Counted from the first letter of the stretch, positions 18,270 to 27,729 are shown. The stretch: DNA of 64,000 nucleotides from Dehalococcoidia bacterium (GCA_965207695.1 CBDBNA010000012.1:20191-84190); one strand, 5' to 3'. Numbers and translations are program-made. Notes: generated by a model not told the origin, from the sequence alone.

Positions 18270-19085
18270 ATGGGACGATCAATCGCGGACCTGGGAGCGC
18301 CGATCGGCAGCGGCCGCACGGCGGAGATCTATGCCTGGGAGCCGGGGCGGGCGCTCAAGCTGTTCCGTCCCGACCACGCGCACGACGTGGAGGAGGAGCA
18401 CGCCGCGACGCGGCTGGCCGGAGAACGCGGCGCGCCGGCCCCGGAAGTCTTCGGCATCGAGGAGGTCGAGGGGCGGCCGGGGGTCGTGATGGAGCGGGTC
18501 GAGGGGGAGTCGATGCTGACGCTGATGGTGCGCAAGCCCTGGCGGACGCGCGGGTACTCACGCCTGCTGGCGGAGATGCAGTGGGATCTGCACCAGTTGC
18601 GTGCGACGGGGCTGCGCGACCAGAAGCGCGAGCTGCGGCACGACATCGAACGCGGCGCCGCGCTGAGCGATGCCGATCGGGCGGGCGTGCTCGACCTGCT
18701 GGACCGCCTGCCCGCGGGCGACCGCCTCTGCCACTGGGACTTCCACCCCGACAACATCATCATCACCAAGCGCGGTCCGGTGATCATCGACTGGATCCAG
18801 GCGCAGGCGGGCAACCCGGTGGCGGACTTCGGCCGCACGACGGTGCTGTTCGCCGCGGGAACGATGCCCGACCACGTGCGCGCGTGGAAGCGCGCGCTGC
18901 TGGAGCGAGGTCGCCGATACTGCACCGAGGTCTACGCGGACCGCTACCGGCAACTGGCCCGGCCGGACCCACAGGAGCGGCGCGACTGGCGCACCGTGGT
19001 CTGCGCGGCGCGTCTCCGCGAGGTCGGCAATCCGGAACACGATCGGTTGCTGGCGCTCGTGCGGGAGCAGATGGGGACCGGCTGA
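18270..19085 (+). CDS. phosphotransferase enzyme family (APH/CotS-like kinase) protein
   Basis: The start is the internal Met (MGRSIADLGAPIGSGRTAEIYAW..). The Brenner motif region LCHWDFHPDNIIIT and IDW are typical of the aminoglycoside/choline-kinase-like phosphotransferase fold. Confidence 0.7.
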   Translation: MGRSIADLGAPIGSGRTAEIYAWEPGRALKLFRPDHAHDVEEEHAATRLAGERGAPAPEVFGIEEVEGRPGVVMERVEGESMLTLMVRKPWRTRGYSRLLAEMQWDLHQLRATGLRDQKRELRHDIERGAALSDADRAGVLDLLDRLPAGDRLCHWDFHPDNIIITKRGPVIIDWIQAQAGNPVADFGRTTVLFAAGTMPDHVRAWKRALLERGRRYCTEVYADRYRQLARPDPQERRDWRTVVCAARLREVGNPEHDRLLALVREQMGTG

Positions 19086-19126
19086 ACGACGGGGGGCGAC
19101 GCTCCCCGGGAGATGGACGAGCATTG

Positions 19127-19966
19127 ATGACGCTACACACCGACGCCTACGCCGATCTCGGCCGGGACCTGCGGTTCTTCCCCCTGGGGGTCGACGATCC
19201 CCGGACCCTCTCGCGGGAGCAGATCGCGCACTACAACGACAAGGGCTACGTCTACCCGATCGACATCTTCTCCGCTGGGGAGATCGCGGAGATCCGGCGT
19301 TACTTCGACGGCCTGCTCGAGTCGGCGCTCGCGGCGGGCTGGAACAGCTACGAGATGACGAACTGGCACAAGCACTGCCGGGGCGTGTGGGACATCGTGA
19401 CGGAGAGCCGGATCCTGGACTGCATCGAGGATCTGCTGGGCGAGACGGTGATCCTGCGGCACAGCCACTTCTTCGCCAAGCTGCCGGGGGACGGCAAGCG
19501 GGTCAGCTGGCACCAGGACGCGTCGTACTGGCCGCTGTCGCCGAGCAAGGTCGTCTCGGCCTGGCTGGCGATCGACGACGTCGATGTCGAGAACGGGGCG
19601 ATGCACGTGATCCCCGGCTCGCACCGCGACGCGCAGATCGCGTTCGCCGACAGCGCGCCCGAGGAGCACAACGTGCTCGACCAGACCGTCCCCGATCCGC
19701 AGGCGCACGGCGACCCGCCGGTGGCGCTGGAGTTGCGGGCCGGGCAGATCTCGCTGCACAGCGACTGGATCCTGCACGGCTCCGAGCCCAACGAGTCGAA
19801 CCGGCGGCGCTGTGGCCTGGCGATGCGCTTCCTCTCGTCGGACGTGCGGGCGTCGCTGGGCTGGAACCAGCACTCGATCGTGTGCCGCGGCGTGGAACCG
19901 AGCGGCCACTGGGCGAACCACCCGCGGCCGGAGGCCGACAGCGTTCCCGTGAAGGACGCCGAGTAG
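19127..19966 (+). CDS. phytanoyl-CoA dioxygenase (PhyH) family Fe(II)/2-oxoglutarate dioxygenase
   Basis: The start is the internal Met (MTLHTDAYADLGRDLRFF..). The WHQDASYWP (HxD) and HSDWILHGSEPN (distal His) motifs of the PhyH family are present. Confidence 0.8.
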   Translation: MTLHTDAYADLGRDLRFFPLGVDDPRTLSREQIAHYNDKGYVYPIDIFSAGEIAEIRRYFDGLLESALAAGWNSYEMTNWHKHCRGVWDIVTESRILDCIEDLLGETVILRHSHFFAKLPGDGKRVSWHQDASYWPLSPSKVVSAWLAIDDVDVENGAMHVIPGSHRDAQIAFADSAPEEHNVLDQTVPDPQAHGDPPVALELRAGQISLHSDWILHGSEPNESNRRRCGLAMRFLSSDVRASLGWNQHSIVCRGVEPSGHWANHPRPEADSVPVKDAE

Positions 19967-19974
19967 CAGGCTCC

Positions 19975-21756
19975 CTACGACAGCGGCGTCCAGACGAACG
20001 TGTCGGGGTGGAACTGGCTCCAGGCGAACCAGAACGCCTGATGGCTGGCGATGGGCGTGCCGTCCGCCAATTCCGCTCGGAGCCCGCCCGCGTCGATCCT
20101 GACGCGGATGCCGGCCAGCATCACGTCGGCGCCGTCCTCAAGCGCGGCGCGCGCCTGCGCGACGGGGAACGCGACGTGCTGGCCGTCGGGCGTCTCGATG
20201 CCGAGCACCTGCTCCTGCACCGGCAGCCTGATGTCGACCCCGCCGACCGGGAAGATGGGGCCGTCGTCGTCGCGGCCGCCCAGCGGGTCGAACGGATAGA
20301 AGCGCCCGAGTCCGCCGTCGGGCGCGACGATGGTGGTGTGCGGGTAGGCGGCCTTCCACTCTCCCCAGGTGCTCGTCACCACCGTGAGCATCTCCAGGAC
20401 GTAGTTCTCGTCCTGCAGCGGGCCCGAGACGGCGATGCCCTTGAACGTGTCGAAGACGGACATGGTGTTGTAGTCGAACATCACCTTGTTCGAGCGGGAA
20501 AGCAGGCCCGACGTGCGCAGCTCGATGTTGCGGAAGCCGGGCGGCGGCTGGTCGGTGAAGTAGGCCTGGGCCGAGCCGCACAGCGTGCAGTAGGGCATGC
20601 CGATGCGCCGGCCGCCGACGGTGTCGTTCACCATCTCGTGCACTTCCATGATGTTCTTGGGGTAGGCGCGGGCCTCGCCGTTGACGACGACGCCGAAGAC
20701 CAGCCGCTCGTCGGGGTACCAGTCCCCGCCCGCCGCGTCGGTGACGGCGGGGTCGTTGATCGCGGGGATGCACCCCCGGATGCAGGGCCAGTCGACCTGG
20801 TGGGGCTGGCGGTCGTCCATGAAGACGCCGCCCCAGCTCAGCAGGCGCCAATCGATGTCGGCGTCGGCGTCGCTGAAGAAGGGGATCCAGTCCGGCTCGA
20901 TGAACTCGAAGTAGAGGCGCTTCCAGCGGACGTAGTCGGGCGGGGCGGGCAGATCCCAGGCGATCAGCCAGTTGGTGACGAGGGGCCAGGCGAAGCCGCG
21001 GGGCACCTCGGTGCCCGTCAGCCGCTCGAACGCCAGGACCGCCGTGTCGGAGGCCTCGCCGACCTGAAGGAACCGCAGCAGATCGGAGAGCAGCCAGGCG
21101 ACGCGCGCGTCGCCGTACCCGCCCACGCGGGCGAGCGCGTCCAGATCGACGCCGTCGATGTCGAAGACGCGGTCGAGGTCGGCCGCGATCCGGGGATCGA
21201 GCGGGCCGTCCGGCACCGCGGGCGCCGGTGGCACGATGGACCCGTCGGCGAGGAGGGCAGCGGAGGTGGGGGGATCGTCGGCGGGGGAGGGCTCATCGGC
21301 GACGGCGGGCTCGTCCTCGGCGGCGTCCTCGGTCGCGTCGGCGGCGGTGGGTGCCTCGTCGGCGGCGTCCTCGGTCGCTTCGGCCGCGGCGGGTTCCTCG
21401 TCGGCAGGGTCTTCGGTCGCTTCGGCGGCGGCGGGTTCCTCGTCGGCGGCGTCTTCGGTCGCTTCGGCCGCAGCGGGTTCCTCGTCGGCGGCCTCATCGG
21501 CCGGGGCGGCCTGGGCTTCCGTAGTGTCTTCGACCGCCTCGGCGGCGGGCTCGTCCTCGGCCGGCTCATCGGCGGGGGCGACCTGGGCTTCCGCAGTGTC
21601 CTCGACCGCCTCGGCCGCGGCGGGTTCGTCGGCGGCGGGCGCGGGGGGGTCGGCCGGATCCGGGCTCGGGTCATCCGATCCGCACGCGGCGGCGATCAGG
21701 GCGAACAGCGCGATCGGCAGCAGCAGCGCCGCGAGTCTGGTGCGAGAGAAGGTCAC
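19975..21756 (-). CDS. DUF3179-domain lipoprotein with long acidic low-complexity linker
   Basis: 593 aa. A signal peptide plus lipobox (LIAAACGS) is followed by a ~130-aa D/E/A/P-rich region with EEPAAAEATEDAAD repeated three times. The C-terminal DUF3179-like core contains ARAYP..MVNDTVGG..PYCTLCGSA..LLSRSNKVMFD. Confidence 0.75.
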   Translation of the reverse strand: MTFSRTRLAALLLPIALFALIAAACGSDDPSPDPADPPAPAADEPAAAEAVEDTAEAQVAPADEPAEDEPAAEAVEDTTEAQAAPADEAADEEPAAAEATEDAADEEPAAAEATEDPADEEPAAAEATEDAADEAPTAADATEDAAEDEPAVADEPSPADDPPTSAALLADGSIVPPAPAVPDGPLDPRIAADLDRVFDIDGVDLDALARVGGYGDARVAWLLSDLLRFLQVGEASDTAVLAFERLTGTEVPRGFAWPLVTNWLIAWDLPAPPDYVRWKRLYFEFIEPDWIPFFSDADADIDWRLLSWGGVFMDDRQPHQVDWPCIRGCIPAINDPAVTDAAGGDWYPDERLVFGVVVNGEARAYPKNIMEVHEMVNDTVGGRRIGMPYCTLCGSAQAYFTDQPPPGFRNIELRTSGLLSRSNKVMFDYNTMSVFDTFKGIAVSGPLQDENYVLEMLTVVTSTWGEWKAAYPHTTIVAPDGGLGRFYPFDPLGGRDDDGPIFPVGGVDIRLPVQEQVLGIETPDGQHVAFPVAQARAALEDGADVMLAGIRVRIDAGGLRAELADGTPIASHQAFWFAWSQFHPDTFVWTPLS

Positions 21757-21882
21757 GGCTCGGCTCCATCAACGCCCGGCACGATGGGGACGGGTCCCCC
21801 GCGCACAGGCTACCGCGCGACAGGCACGCGACACCCTAGACTCCCGCAAAGCCAGGATCGAAAACCATGCGGGGAGGGAACC

Positions 21883-23046
21883 ATGTCCGCACGCTTCGAT
21901 TTCCAAACGACGGTTGCGTACGATACGGCCGGCTTGCAGTTTCAGGTTTCGCTCGGCGGGGCGGAGGGGGGTGGAGGAGCGGAGTTCGCGCTCAGCGCGG
22001 ACGACCTGGCCAGCGGGGAGCGGCTGTCGTTCGACCACGAGGTCTGCGCGGCCCTGCACGACTTCACGCGCGGCTACACCCGCTGGCTCGCCACGCGCGG
22101 CATCACCGCGACGCGCGGGGAGGACGCGATCACGGGGACCGCGCGCGAAGGTCTCTCAGCCGCGCAACTGCTCCAGGTCGCGCACGCGGCCATCGACATG
22201 ATCGACCAGAAGTTCAGCGAGTACCGGGAGAGCGTGCTGGGGCCGCCGCGCTATTCCGACATCGTCTTCGAGAAGCGCGACGGCGTCGCCTGGCTGATGC
22301 TCAACCGGCCCGAGACGTTCAACGCCAAGCGCGGCGTCACGATGGACGAGATGGCCGACGCGCTGCTGGACGCCGCCGGCGACAACGACATCCGCGCCGT
22401 CGTGCTGTCCGGGGCGGGGCCGAACGGCTTCTGCACCGGCAACGACCAGAGCTACGACCCCAGCGAGGAATACGCGGCCTACGCGGGCACGGCCGGCGTG
22501 ACCTACAGCCAGGTGCTGCGCCAGATGCCGCAGCCCGTCATCGCGGCCGTCGACGGCTACGCGATCGGGTCGGGCAACATCATGGCCTACGAGAGCGACT
22601 TCACCATCGCCACGACGCGCTCCCGCTTCGGGCAGACGGGGCCGCGGGTGGGCAGCCCGGCGGCCGGCCACGGCGTCGCGATGCTCGCGGCGCGGGTGGG
22701 GCAGAAGCGCGCGCGGGAGATCTGGATGCTGTGCCAGCAGTACAGCGGCCAGGAGGCCCTGGAGATGGGCTTGGCGAACAGCGTCGTCGAGCCGGATCAA
22801 CTGTGGGCCGAGGTCGACCGCTACGTCGCGGCGATCAAGAACGTCAGCCCGGTGATCCTGCAGATGCAGAAGATCTCCTTCAACCAGCACGACGACTTCG
22901 TCAAGCCCGAGCGCAGCCCGGTCGCCGAGCACATCCCGGACTTCCTGGCGTCGGACGAGTGCCGCGAACGGCGCACGGCGTTCCTCGAACGGCGTCCGCT
23001 CGACCCGGCGAAGAACATGCCCTACGTGGACATCCCGATCCGCTGA
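21883..23046 (+). CDS. enoyl-CoA hydratase/isomerase (crotonase) family protein with ~90-aa N-terminal extension
   Basis: ATG at 21883 is preceded by ggggaggga. The crotonase core reads AWLMLNRPETFNA..FCTGNDQ..AAVDGYAIGSGN..EALEMGLAN. The gene is embedded in a spurious 1219-aa track ORF. Confidence 0.8.
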   Translation: MSARFDFQTTVAYDTAGLQFQVSLGGAEGGGGAEFALSADDLASGERLSFDHEVCAALHDFTRGYTRWLATRGITATRGEDAITGTAREGLSAAQLLQVAHAAIDMIDQKFSEYRESVLGPPRYSDIVFEKRDGVAWLMLNRPETFNAKRGVTMDEMADALLDAAGDNDIRAVVLSGAGPNGFCTGNDQSYDPSEEYAAYAGTAGVTYSQVLRQMPQPVIAAVDGYAIGSGNIMAYESDFTIATTRSRFGQTGPRVGSPAAGHGVAMLAARVGQKRAREIWMLCQQYSGQEALEMGLANSVVEPDQLWAEVDRYVAAIKNVSPVILQMQKISFNQHDDFVKPERSPVAEHIPDFLASDECRERRTAFLERRPLDPAKNMPYVDIPIR

Positions 23047-23068
23047 TCGGGCGGCTGCGGCCCGTCGA

Positions 23069-23779
23069 TCAGACGAAGCGGGTGGGCAGTCCCTGGCTGA
23101 CGCGCAGTTCGAAGGTGTGTGCGGTGGCGGGCTGGGTCGCCAGGAACACCGCGGCGTCGGCGATGTCCTCGGCCTGGATGAGGGACTCGGGGTCCTCGTC
23201 GGGGAAGTCCTCGTGGCGCATGCGGGAGACGGTGGCATCGGGCAGGATGACGTGCGTGCGGATGCCGCGGTGCAGGTACTCCTGGATGCAGACCTTCGTC
23301 AGGCCCATCACGCCGTGCTTCGAGGCGGTGTAGGCGGAGCGGTTGACTCCCCCTCCCACCACGCCGGCGCCGGAGCTGATGTTGATGATGCAGCCGCCGC
23401 CCTGCTCGAGCATCGGCGGGACCGCGTACTTGGTGCAGAGGAACACGCCGCGCAGGTTGACGTTGATCACGTGGTCCCAGTCCTCGGTGGGCAGCTCGTG
23501 CAGGGGCAGGCGGGTGACCGCGCCGGCGTTGTTGATCAGGATGTCGATGCGGCCGTAGGCGGCCAGCGCGCCGTCGATGAGGGCGCGGATGTCGGCCTCG
23601 TCGCTCACGTCGCAGCGGATGGCCGTGCCGCCGACCTCGGCGGCCACCGCCTCGATCTCATCGACCGAGCGGGCCGAGCAGACGACCTTGGCGCCCTCCT
23701 TCGCGTAGGCGATGGCGATCGCCCGGCCGATGCCGCGTCCGGCGCCGGTGACGACCGCGACTTTGCCGTCGAGTTGCAT
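23069..23779 (-). CDS. SDR-family oxidoreductase
   Basis: 237 aa with TGAGRGIGRA (NAD(P) binding), NNAG, and a Y-x-x-x-K catalytic region (YTASKHG). Confidence 0.85.
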   Translation of the reverse strand: MQLDGKVAVVTGAGRGIGRAIAIAYAKEGAKVVCSARSVDEIEAVAAEVGGTAIRCDVSDEADIRALIDGALAAYGRIDILINNAGAVTRLPLHELPTEDWDHVINVNLRGVFLCTKYAVPPMLEQGGGCIINISSGAGVVGGGVNRSAYTASKHGVMGLTKVCIQEYLHRGIRTHVILPDATVSRMRHEDFPDEDPESLIQAEDIADAAVFLATQPATAHTFELRVSQGLPTRFV

Positions 23780-23926
23780 GGGGGGTCTCCTATTCGTTCG
23801 GCTGAGGCCGGGTGGGTCCGGCGCCGCCCCAACGGTAGCCACGAACCGGGCCGGCGTCAGCCCGACGGCGGCCGGGCTGGGATGGGCGGGGGATCGATCG
23901 GTACCCTGCCGGGACGGAGCCGCGCC

Positions 23927-25168
23927 ATGACGACACTCGACACACACGCCGACACGATCATCCCGTCCCCGGACGACGCCCCGGCGTCGGCGCTGACGGG
24001 GGTGCGGGTGCTCGACTTCACGCGCGCCCAGCAGGGCCCGTTCGCGACGCTGCTGCTGGCCGACATGGGGGCGGAGGTGATCAAGGTCGAGCCGCCCGGC
24101 GGCGAGATGGGCCGCGCCAGCGGACTCAATCCCGAGGGCTTCTCCTCGTATTTCGAGGGGCACAACCGGGGCAAGCGCAGCATCACGCTCGACCTCAAGC
24201 GGCCGGGGGCGGTCGACGTCGTGCGCCGGCTGGTCCCGACCTGCGACGTGGTCGTGGAGAACTTCCGGCCGGGCGTGATGGAGCGGCTGGGCATCGGCTA
24301 CGAGGACTGCCGGCGGCTGCGGGCCGACATCATCTTCGCCTCGGCGTCGGCCTGGGGGCGGGACGGCCCCTGGGCGGCGCGCGGGGGCTACGACCACGTC
24401 GCGCAGGCGCTGAGCGGCGTGATGTACGAGCAGGGCGAGGGCCCCGGCGGCGAACCGCAGGCGCTGATCGGCGGCTTCGCCGACCAGGTCGGGGCGATGC
24501 TGCTGGCCTTCGGCATCGCGTCGGCGCTGTACGTGCGCCAGCGCGACGGGGTCGGCCAGCACATCGACGGTTCGCTGATCGGCGGCATGGTGGCGATGCA
24601 GTCGAAGCAGATCATGGAGTTCCTGCGCAGCGGCGTGCAGCGCGGCTTCCAGCGGCGCCGGGCGGCGACGTACACCAACTACGCCTGCGCCGACGGCCGC
24701 CACGTGGCCATCGCCGCGAACGCGCAGGACATGTGGGAGCGCCTCTGCGACGCCCTCGACGCGCCGCAGCTCAAGAGCGACGCGCGCTTCGCCGACCCCT
24801 TCGGGCGGGATCGCAACAAGGACGCGCTGGTCGAGGCGCTCGACGCGATCTTCCGCACGCGGCCGCTGGCCGACTGGCTGGAGCCCCTGGAGCGGCACGA
24901 CGTGCCGCACGCGCCGGTCCTCGACTACGCCGGCATGAGCGCCCACCCGCAGTACTGGGCGAACGGGTACCTGCAGGAGATCGAGACGCCGCACCTGGGG
25001 CCGATGCGGGTGCCCGGGCCGCCCATCCGCATGAGCGCGACGCCGCCGCGCGTGCAGGGCAGCGGCCCCATCCTGGGCTTCCACACCGAGGAGATCCTGC
25101 AGTCCGTCGGGTACGGCTGGGACGAGATCGAGGCGCTGAAGGACAGCGGCGCGATCCGCACGGCATGA
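23927..25168 (+). CDS. CoA-transferase family III (CaiB/BaiF/Frc-like) protein
   Basis: 413 aa. The N-terminal GVRVLDFTRAQQGPFATLLLADMGAEVIKVEPPGG and the active-site Asp region GGYDHVAQALSG are present. Confidence 0.85.
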   Translation: MTTLDTHADTIIPSPDDAPASALTGVRVLDFTRAQQGPFATLLLADMGAEVIKVEPPGGEMGRASGLNPEGFSSYFEGHNRGKRSITLDLKRPGAVDVVRRLVPTCDVVVENFRPGVMERLGIGYEDCRRLRADIIFASASAWGRDGPWAARGGYDHVAQALSGVMYEQGEGPGGEPQALIGGFADQVGAMLLAFGIASALYVRQRDGVGQHIDGSLIGGMVAMQSKQIMEFLRSGVQRGFQRRRAATYTNYACADGRHVAIAANAQDMWERLCDALDAPQLKSDARFADPFGRDRNKDALVEALDAIFRTRPLADWLEPLERHDVPHAPVLDYAGMSAHPQYWANGYLQEIETPHLGPMRVPGPPIRMSATPPRVQGSGPILGFHTEEILQSVGYGWDEIEALKDSGAIRTA

Positions 25169-26070
25169 CGACCGGCGAGCCCCGGCAGCACTTCTTCGAG
25201 TCGCAGCGGCTGCGGCTGGCCTACTGGGGGTGGGGGGACCCGGCGCGTCCGCCCTGCATCTGCCTGCACGGCGGCGTCGATCACGCCCGCAGCTGGGACC
25301 GCATGGCGGAGGCGCTCAGCGACGACTACTACGTCGTCGCGCCCGACCTGCGCGGCCACGGCGACTCGCAGTGGGCCATCGGCGGGGAGTACAGCACCTC
25401 CCAGAACGTCGTCGACCTGATGGCGCTGATCGACCGGCTGGGCGGGCCGGTGCGGGTGCTGGCGCACTCGTTCGGCGGGCACGTGACGTTCATGGCGGCG
25501 GGCGCCTTCCCGGAGCGTTTCCACAGCATCGTCGCGATCGAGGGGCGGCTGGCCGGCTGGACGCAACGGCGGCCCTTCTCGCCCGACCTGCTGCGCCAGG
25601 CCGTCGTGACGCGGCGCGGCCTGGAGACCCGCACGCCGCGCGTCTACCCGTCGATCGAGGCCGCCCGCAAGCGCCTCTCCCAGCAGAACCCGCGCCTCGG
25701 CCCGGCGCTGGCGCGGCACATCGCCGAGCACGCGGTGCGGCCCGTCGAGTCGGACACGGGGGAGGCCGGGTACGTGTGGAAGTTCGACAACTGGGCGCGG
25801 CCCGGCGTGCGCAACGAGGAGGTCAGCCTCGACGAGGCCAAGGCCTTCTTCGCCCGGATCGACCGGCCGGTGCTGTACGTCGTTGGGGGGGAGTCGGGGG
25901 CGAAGCAGAACATGCAGTCGGCCGTCGAGCACTTCCCGAACGCGCGGGCGCTGGTCGTGCCGGGGGCGGGCCACTGGGTCCACCACGACGCGCCGGAGCT
26001 GGTGATCGAGGCCGCGCGGGAGTTCTTCGCGGGGGACGGGGGCCCCTCGCGGCGGTCAACCGGAGGGTAA
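25165..26070 (+). CDS. alpha/beta hydrolase fold protein
   Basis: 301 aa. The ATG overlaps the stop of the upstream CoA-transferase (ATGA). Contains HSFGG (nucleophile elbow) and the HGGVDHARSWD region. Confidence 0.75.
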   Translation: MTTGEPRQHFFESQRLRLAYWGWGDPARPPCICLHGGVDHARSWDRMAEALSDDYYVVAPDLRGHGDSQWAIGGEYSTSQNVVDLMALIDRLGGPVRVLAHSFGGHVTFMAAGAFPERFHSIVAIEGRLAGWTQRRPFSPDLLRQAVVTRRGLETRTPRVYPSIEAARKRLSQQNPRLGPALARHIAEHAVRPVESDTGEAGYVWKFDNWARPGVRNEEVSLDEAKAFFARIDRPVLYVVGGESGAKQNMQSAVEHFPNARALVVPGAGHWVHHDAPELVIEAAREFFAGDGGPSRRSTGG

Positions 26071-26317
26071 CGGGAGCCAACCGGGGGGTCAGGGGAGGGG
26101 CCGGGAGGCGGCCACTTGCACGAATTTGCAGGAATTTGCAGGAAAACGGCCGATTCGAGGGGGGGTGGCCCCGGATTCGGCTGGCCGCTGCGCGGATCGC
26201 CTTCCCTGCGGCACACGCGAGACGCGGTCTGTGATCGCATGATAGCGGAGTCCGGGCGCGATGTCGAGGCGGCCGGTGCGTCGCGTCCGTCGTCCGGGGC
26301 CGGACCGATCGGCGCTC

Positions 26318-26671
26318 TCAGCTCGCGCGCGCCGCCTGCGGCGCCGGGACCTTCACCTCCACCTCCACCCACTCGAACCGGGTCGAGAGCGTGGGGATGT
26401 CGTCGCCATACTCAACCATGTCCTGCTCGTCGTACTCGGCAAGGGCTTCGCTGTGATAGGCGATGGCCTCTTCGATGGACATCTTCGGTTCGGGGAGCGG
26501 TTCGCCCTGCTCCAGCAGGTCCTCGATGTGGAAGGTGAGCGCCTCCCGGATCATCGCCTGCATCTCGTCCCAGGTCTTGCCGGTGCTGACGCAGCCCGGC
26601 ACGTCGGGGGCGTAGGCCCCGTAGTTGTTGGGGGTCTGCTCGATGACGACGGCGTAGGTCAGCTTCATCAT
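26318..26671 (-). CDS. hicB: HicB-family antitoxin (UPF0150/HicB-like fold)
   Basis: 117 aa. The N-terminal YAVVIEQTPNNYGAYAPDVPGCVSTGKTWDEMQAMIREAL is typical of HicB_lk_antitox. It overlaps upstream hicA by 4 nt. Confidence 0.75.
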   Translation of the reverse strand: MMKLTYAVVIEQTPNNYGAYAPDVPGCVSTGKTWDEMQAMIREALTFHIEDLLEQGEPLPEPKMSIEEAIAYHSEALAEYDEQDMVEYGDDIPTLSTRFEWVEVEVKVPAPQAARAS

Positions 26672-26868
26672 TCCCTCCCGCGCAGGCCTGCCTGCCTCAT
26701 GATACCGACCCAGGTCCCCTTCGGCAGGTCTTCCCCCGGGTGACCCGGTATGGATACGGTGCCTCGCTTCTCGGGATGGTGGAACTGCCGGTGGCTGCCA
26801 CGCATCCGCACCTGGTACCAGCCGTCCCGCTCGACCAGGCGAATCGCGTTCCTAACCTTCCGTTGCAC
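26668..26868 (-). CDS. hicA: HicA-family mRNA interferase toxin
   Basis: 66 aa. The sequence DGWYQVRMRGSHRQFHHPEKRGTVSIPGHPGEDLPKGTWVGIMRQAGL matches the HicA/YcfA consensus (GSH..F.HP....VP.H...DL..GT...IL.QAGL). Confidence 0.8.
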   Translation of the reverse strand: MQRKVRNAIRLVERDGWYQVRMRGSHRQFHHPEKRGTVSIPGHPGEDLPKGTWVGIMRQAGLRGRE

Positions 26869-27029
26869 GGCCCAACTCCGACAACAGCGTGTCCATGCGC
26901 GCCGCCGGTTCGGCGTCGGGGGAGATGGCCGTCATGGGAGCGATGGTAGCGCGATCCGCTCCTGCCAGTTCCCCCTCCCCGGTTGAACGATGGGGAGGGG
27001 GGCTACGGGGTGTGCGGGTTCAGGGGAGG

Positions 27030-27325
27030 ACCGCAAGGGGTGCGGGAGGGGGGCCGCAGGGGGTGCAGTAGGGGGCCGCAAGGGGGCCGCAAGGGGGCCG
27101 CAAGGGGTGCAGTAGGGGGCCGCAAGGGGTGCAGTAGGGGGCCGCAAGGGGTGCAGTAGGGGGCCGCAAGGGGTGCGGGAGGGGGCCGCAAGGAGTGCGG
27201 GAGTGGGACGCAAGGGGTGCAGTAGGGGGCCGCAAGGAGTGCGGGAGGGGGCCGCAAGGGGTGCGGGAGGGGGCCGCAAGGAGTGCGGGAGGGGGACGCA
27301 AGGGGTGCAGTAGGGGGCCGCTAGG
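27030..27325. repeat. tandem direct-repeat array, about 13 copies of a 22-bp unit (gggggccgcaaggggtgcagta / ..gcgggag), including two 11-bp half units
   Basis: Read directly from the sequence. The copies are contiguous and near-identical, with no spacers, so this is not a CRISPR array. The 22-bp period does not keep a reading frame. Confidence 0.85.
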
Positions 27326-27500
27326 GGTGCCCCTGACCTCACCCCCTGTCCCCCTCTCCACCTGGACGGTGGAGAGGGGGAACGCGAAAGCGGGCGCCTG
27401 GGCGGTTTTTCTTCCGGTCCCCCCTCTCCATTGCTCGGCAATGGAGAGGGTTCTGATCCCCTCTCCCGTGGGGAGAGGGTTAGGGTGAGGGGCAACGCCC
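27326..27500. repeat. cluster of three palindromic hairpin elements (REP-like family, locus A)
   Basis: Three inverted repeats: ccccctctccacc-tggac-ggtggagaggggg; ccctctccattg-ctcgg-caatggagaggg; cccctctccc-gtg-gggagagggg. They are flanked by ggtgagggg / cctcacccc motifs. The same hairpin types recur at 30130-30350, 42130-42180 and 43590-43800. Confidence 0.8.
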
Positions 27501-27507
27501 GCCCGCC

Positions 27508-27530
27508 CCACCGCCCGCGCGCGGAATTTT
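27508..27530 (+). terminator. possible intrinsic terminator-like structure (palindrome ccgcgcgcgg followed by aattttttt)
   Basis: A self-complementary GC decamer is immediately followed by a T7 run, which is rare in this ~70% GC sequence. The function is unclear because it lies upstream of the ABC substrate-binding-protein gene. Confidence 0.25.
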
Positions 27531-27729
27531 TTTGCGCGACGCCCTCTCCCCTCCCTCACAGCGAGGGGGGGACCGTCCTCCCCATCACACCATTACGTCA
27601 ACTGTGGAAACTTTACATCCAAAAACCTTGACCGCCCCCCCCCCCCTAGACGTCATAATGTCTCCGCTCTCGAATCACGACCCCATCCCTGGGGGATGGG
27701 GCGGTCACATCCACGGAAAGGATGACGCC

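Noticed and set aside
26100-26160. Direct repeat gaatttgcag x2 in a relatively AT-rich patch
   Set aside because: It lies in a convergent intergenic region (both flanking genes end here), so an operator or promoter role is unlikely. It is too short to distinguish from chance.
27030-27325. Possible CRISPR array
   Set aside because: The repeats are contiguous with no unique spacers, the unit is only 22 bp, and no cas genes are nearby. It is a tandem minisatellite.
26932-27559. Pro-rich ORFs (187 aa and 179 aa, minus strand) spanning the tandem repeats and hairpin elements
   Set aside because: The translations (PLAAPYCTPCGPL.. and LTLSPRERGSEPSPLPSNGEGG) are direct read-outs of the 22-bp repeats and ccctctcc/ggagaggg palindromes. 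The same peptide fragments appear wherever the repeat elements occur, on both strands.
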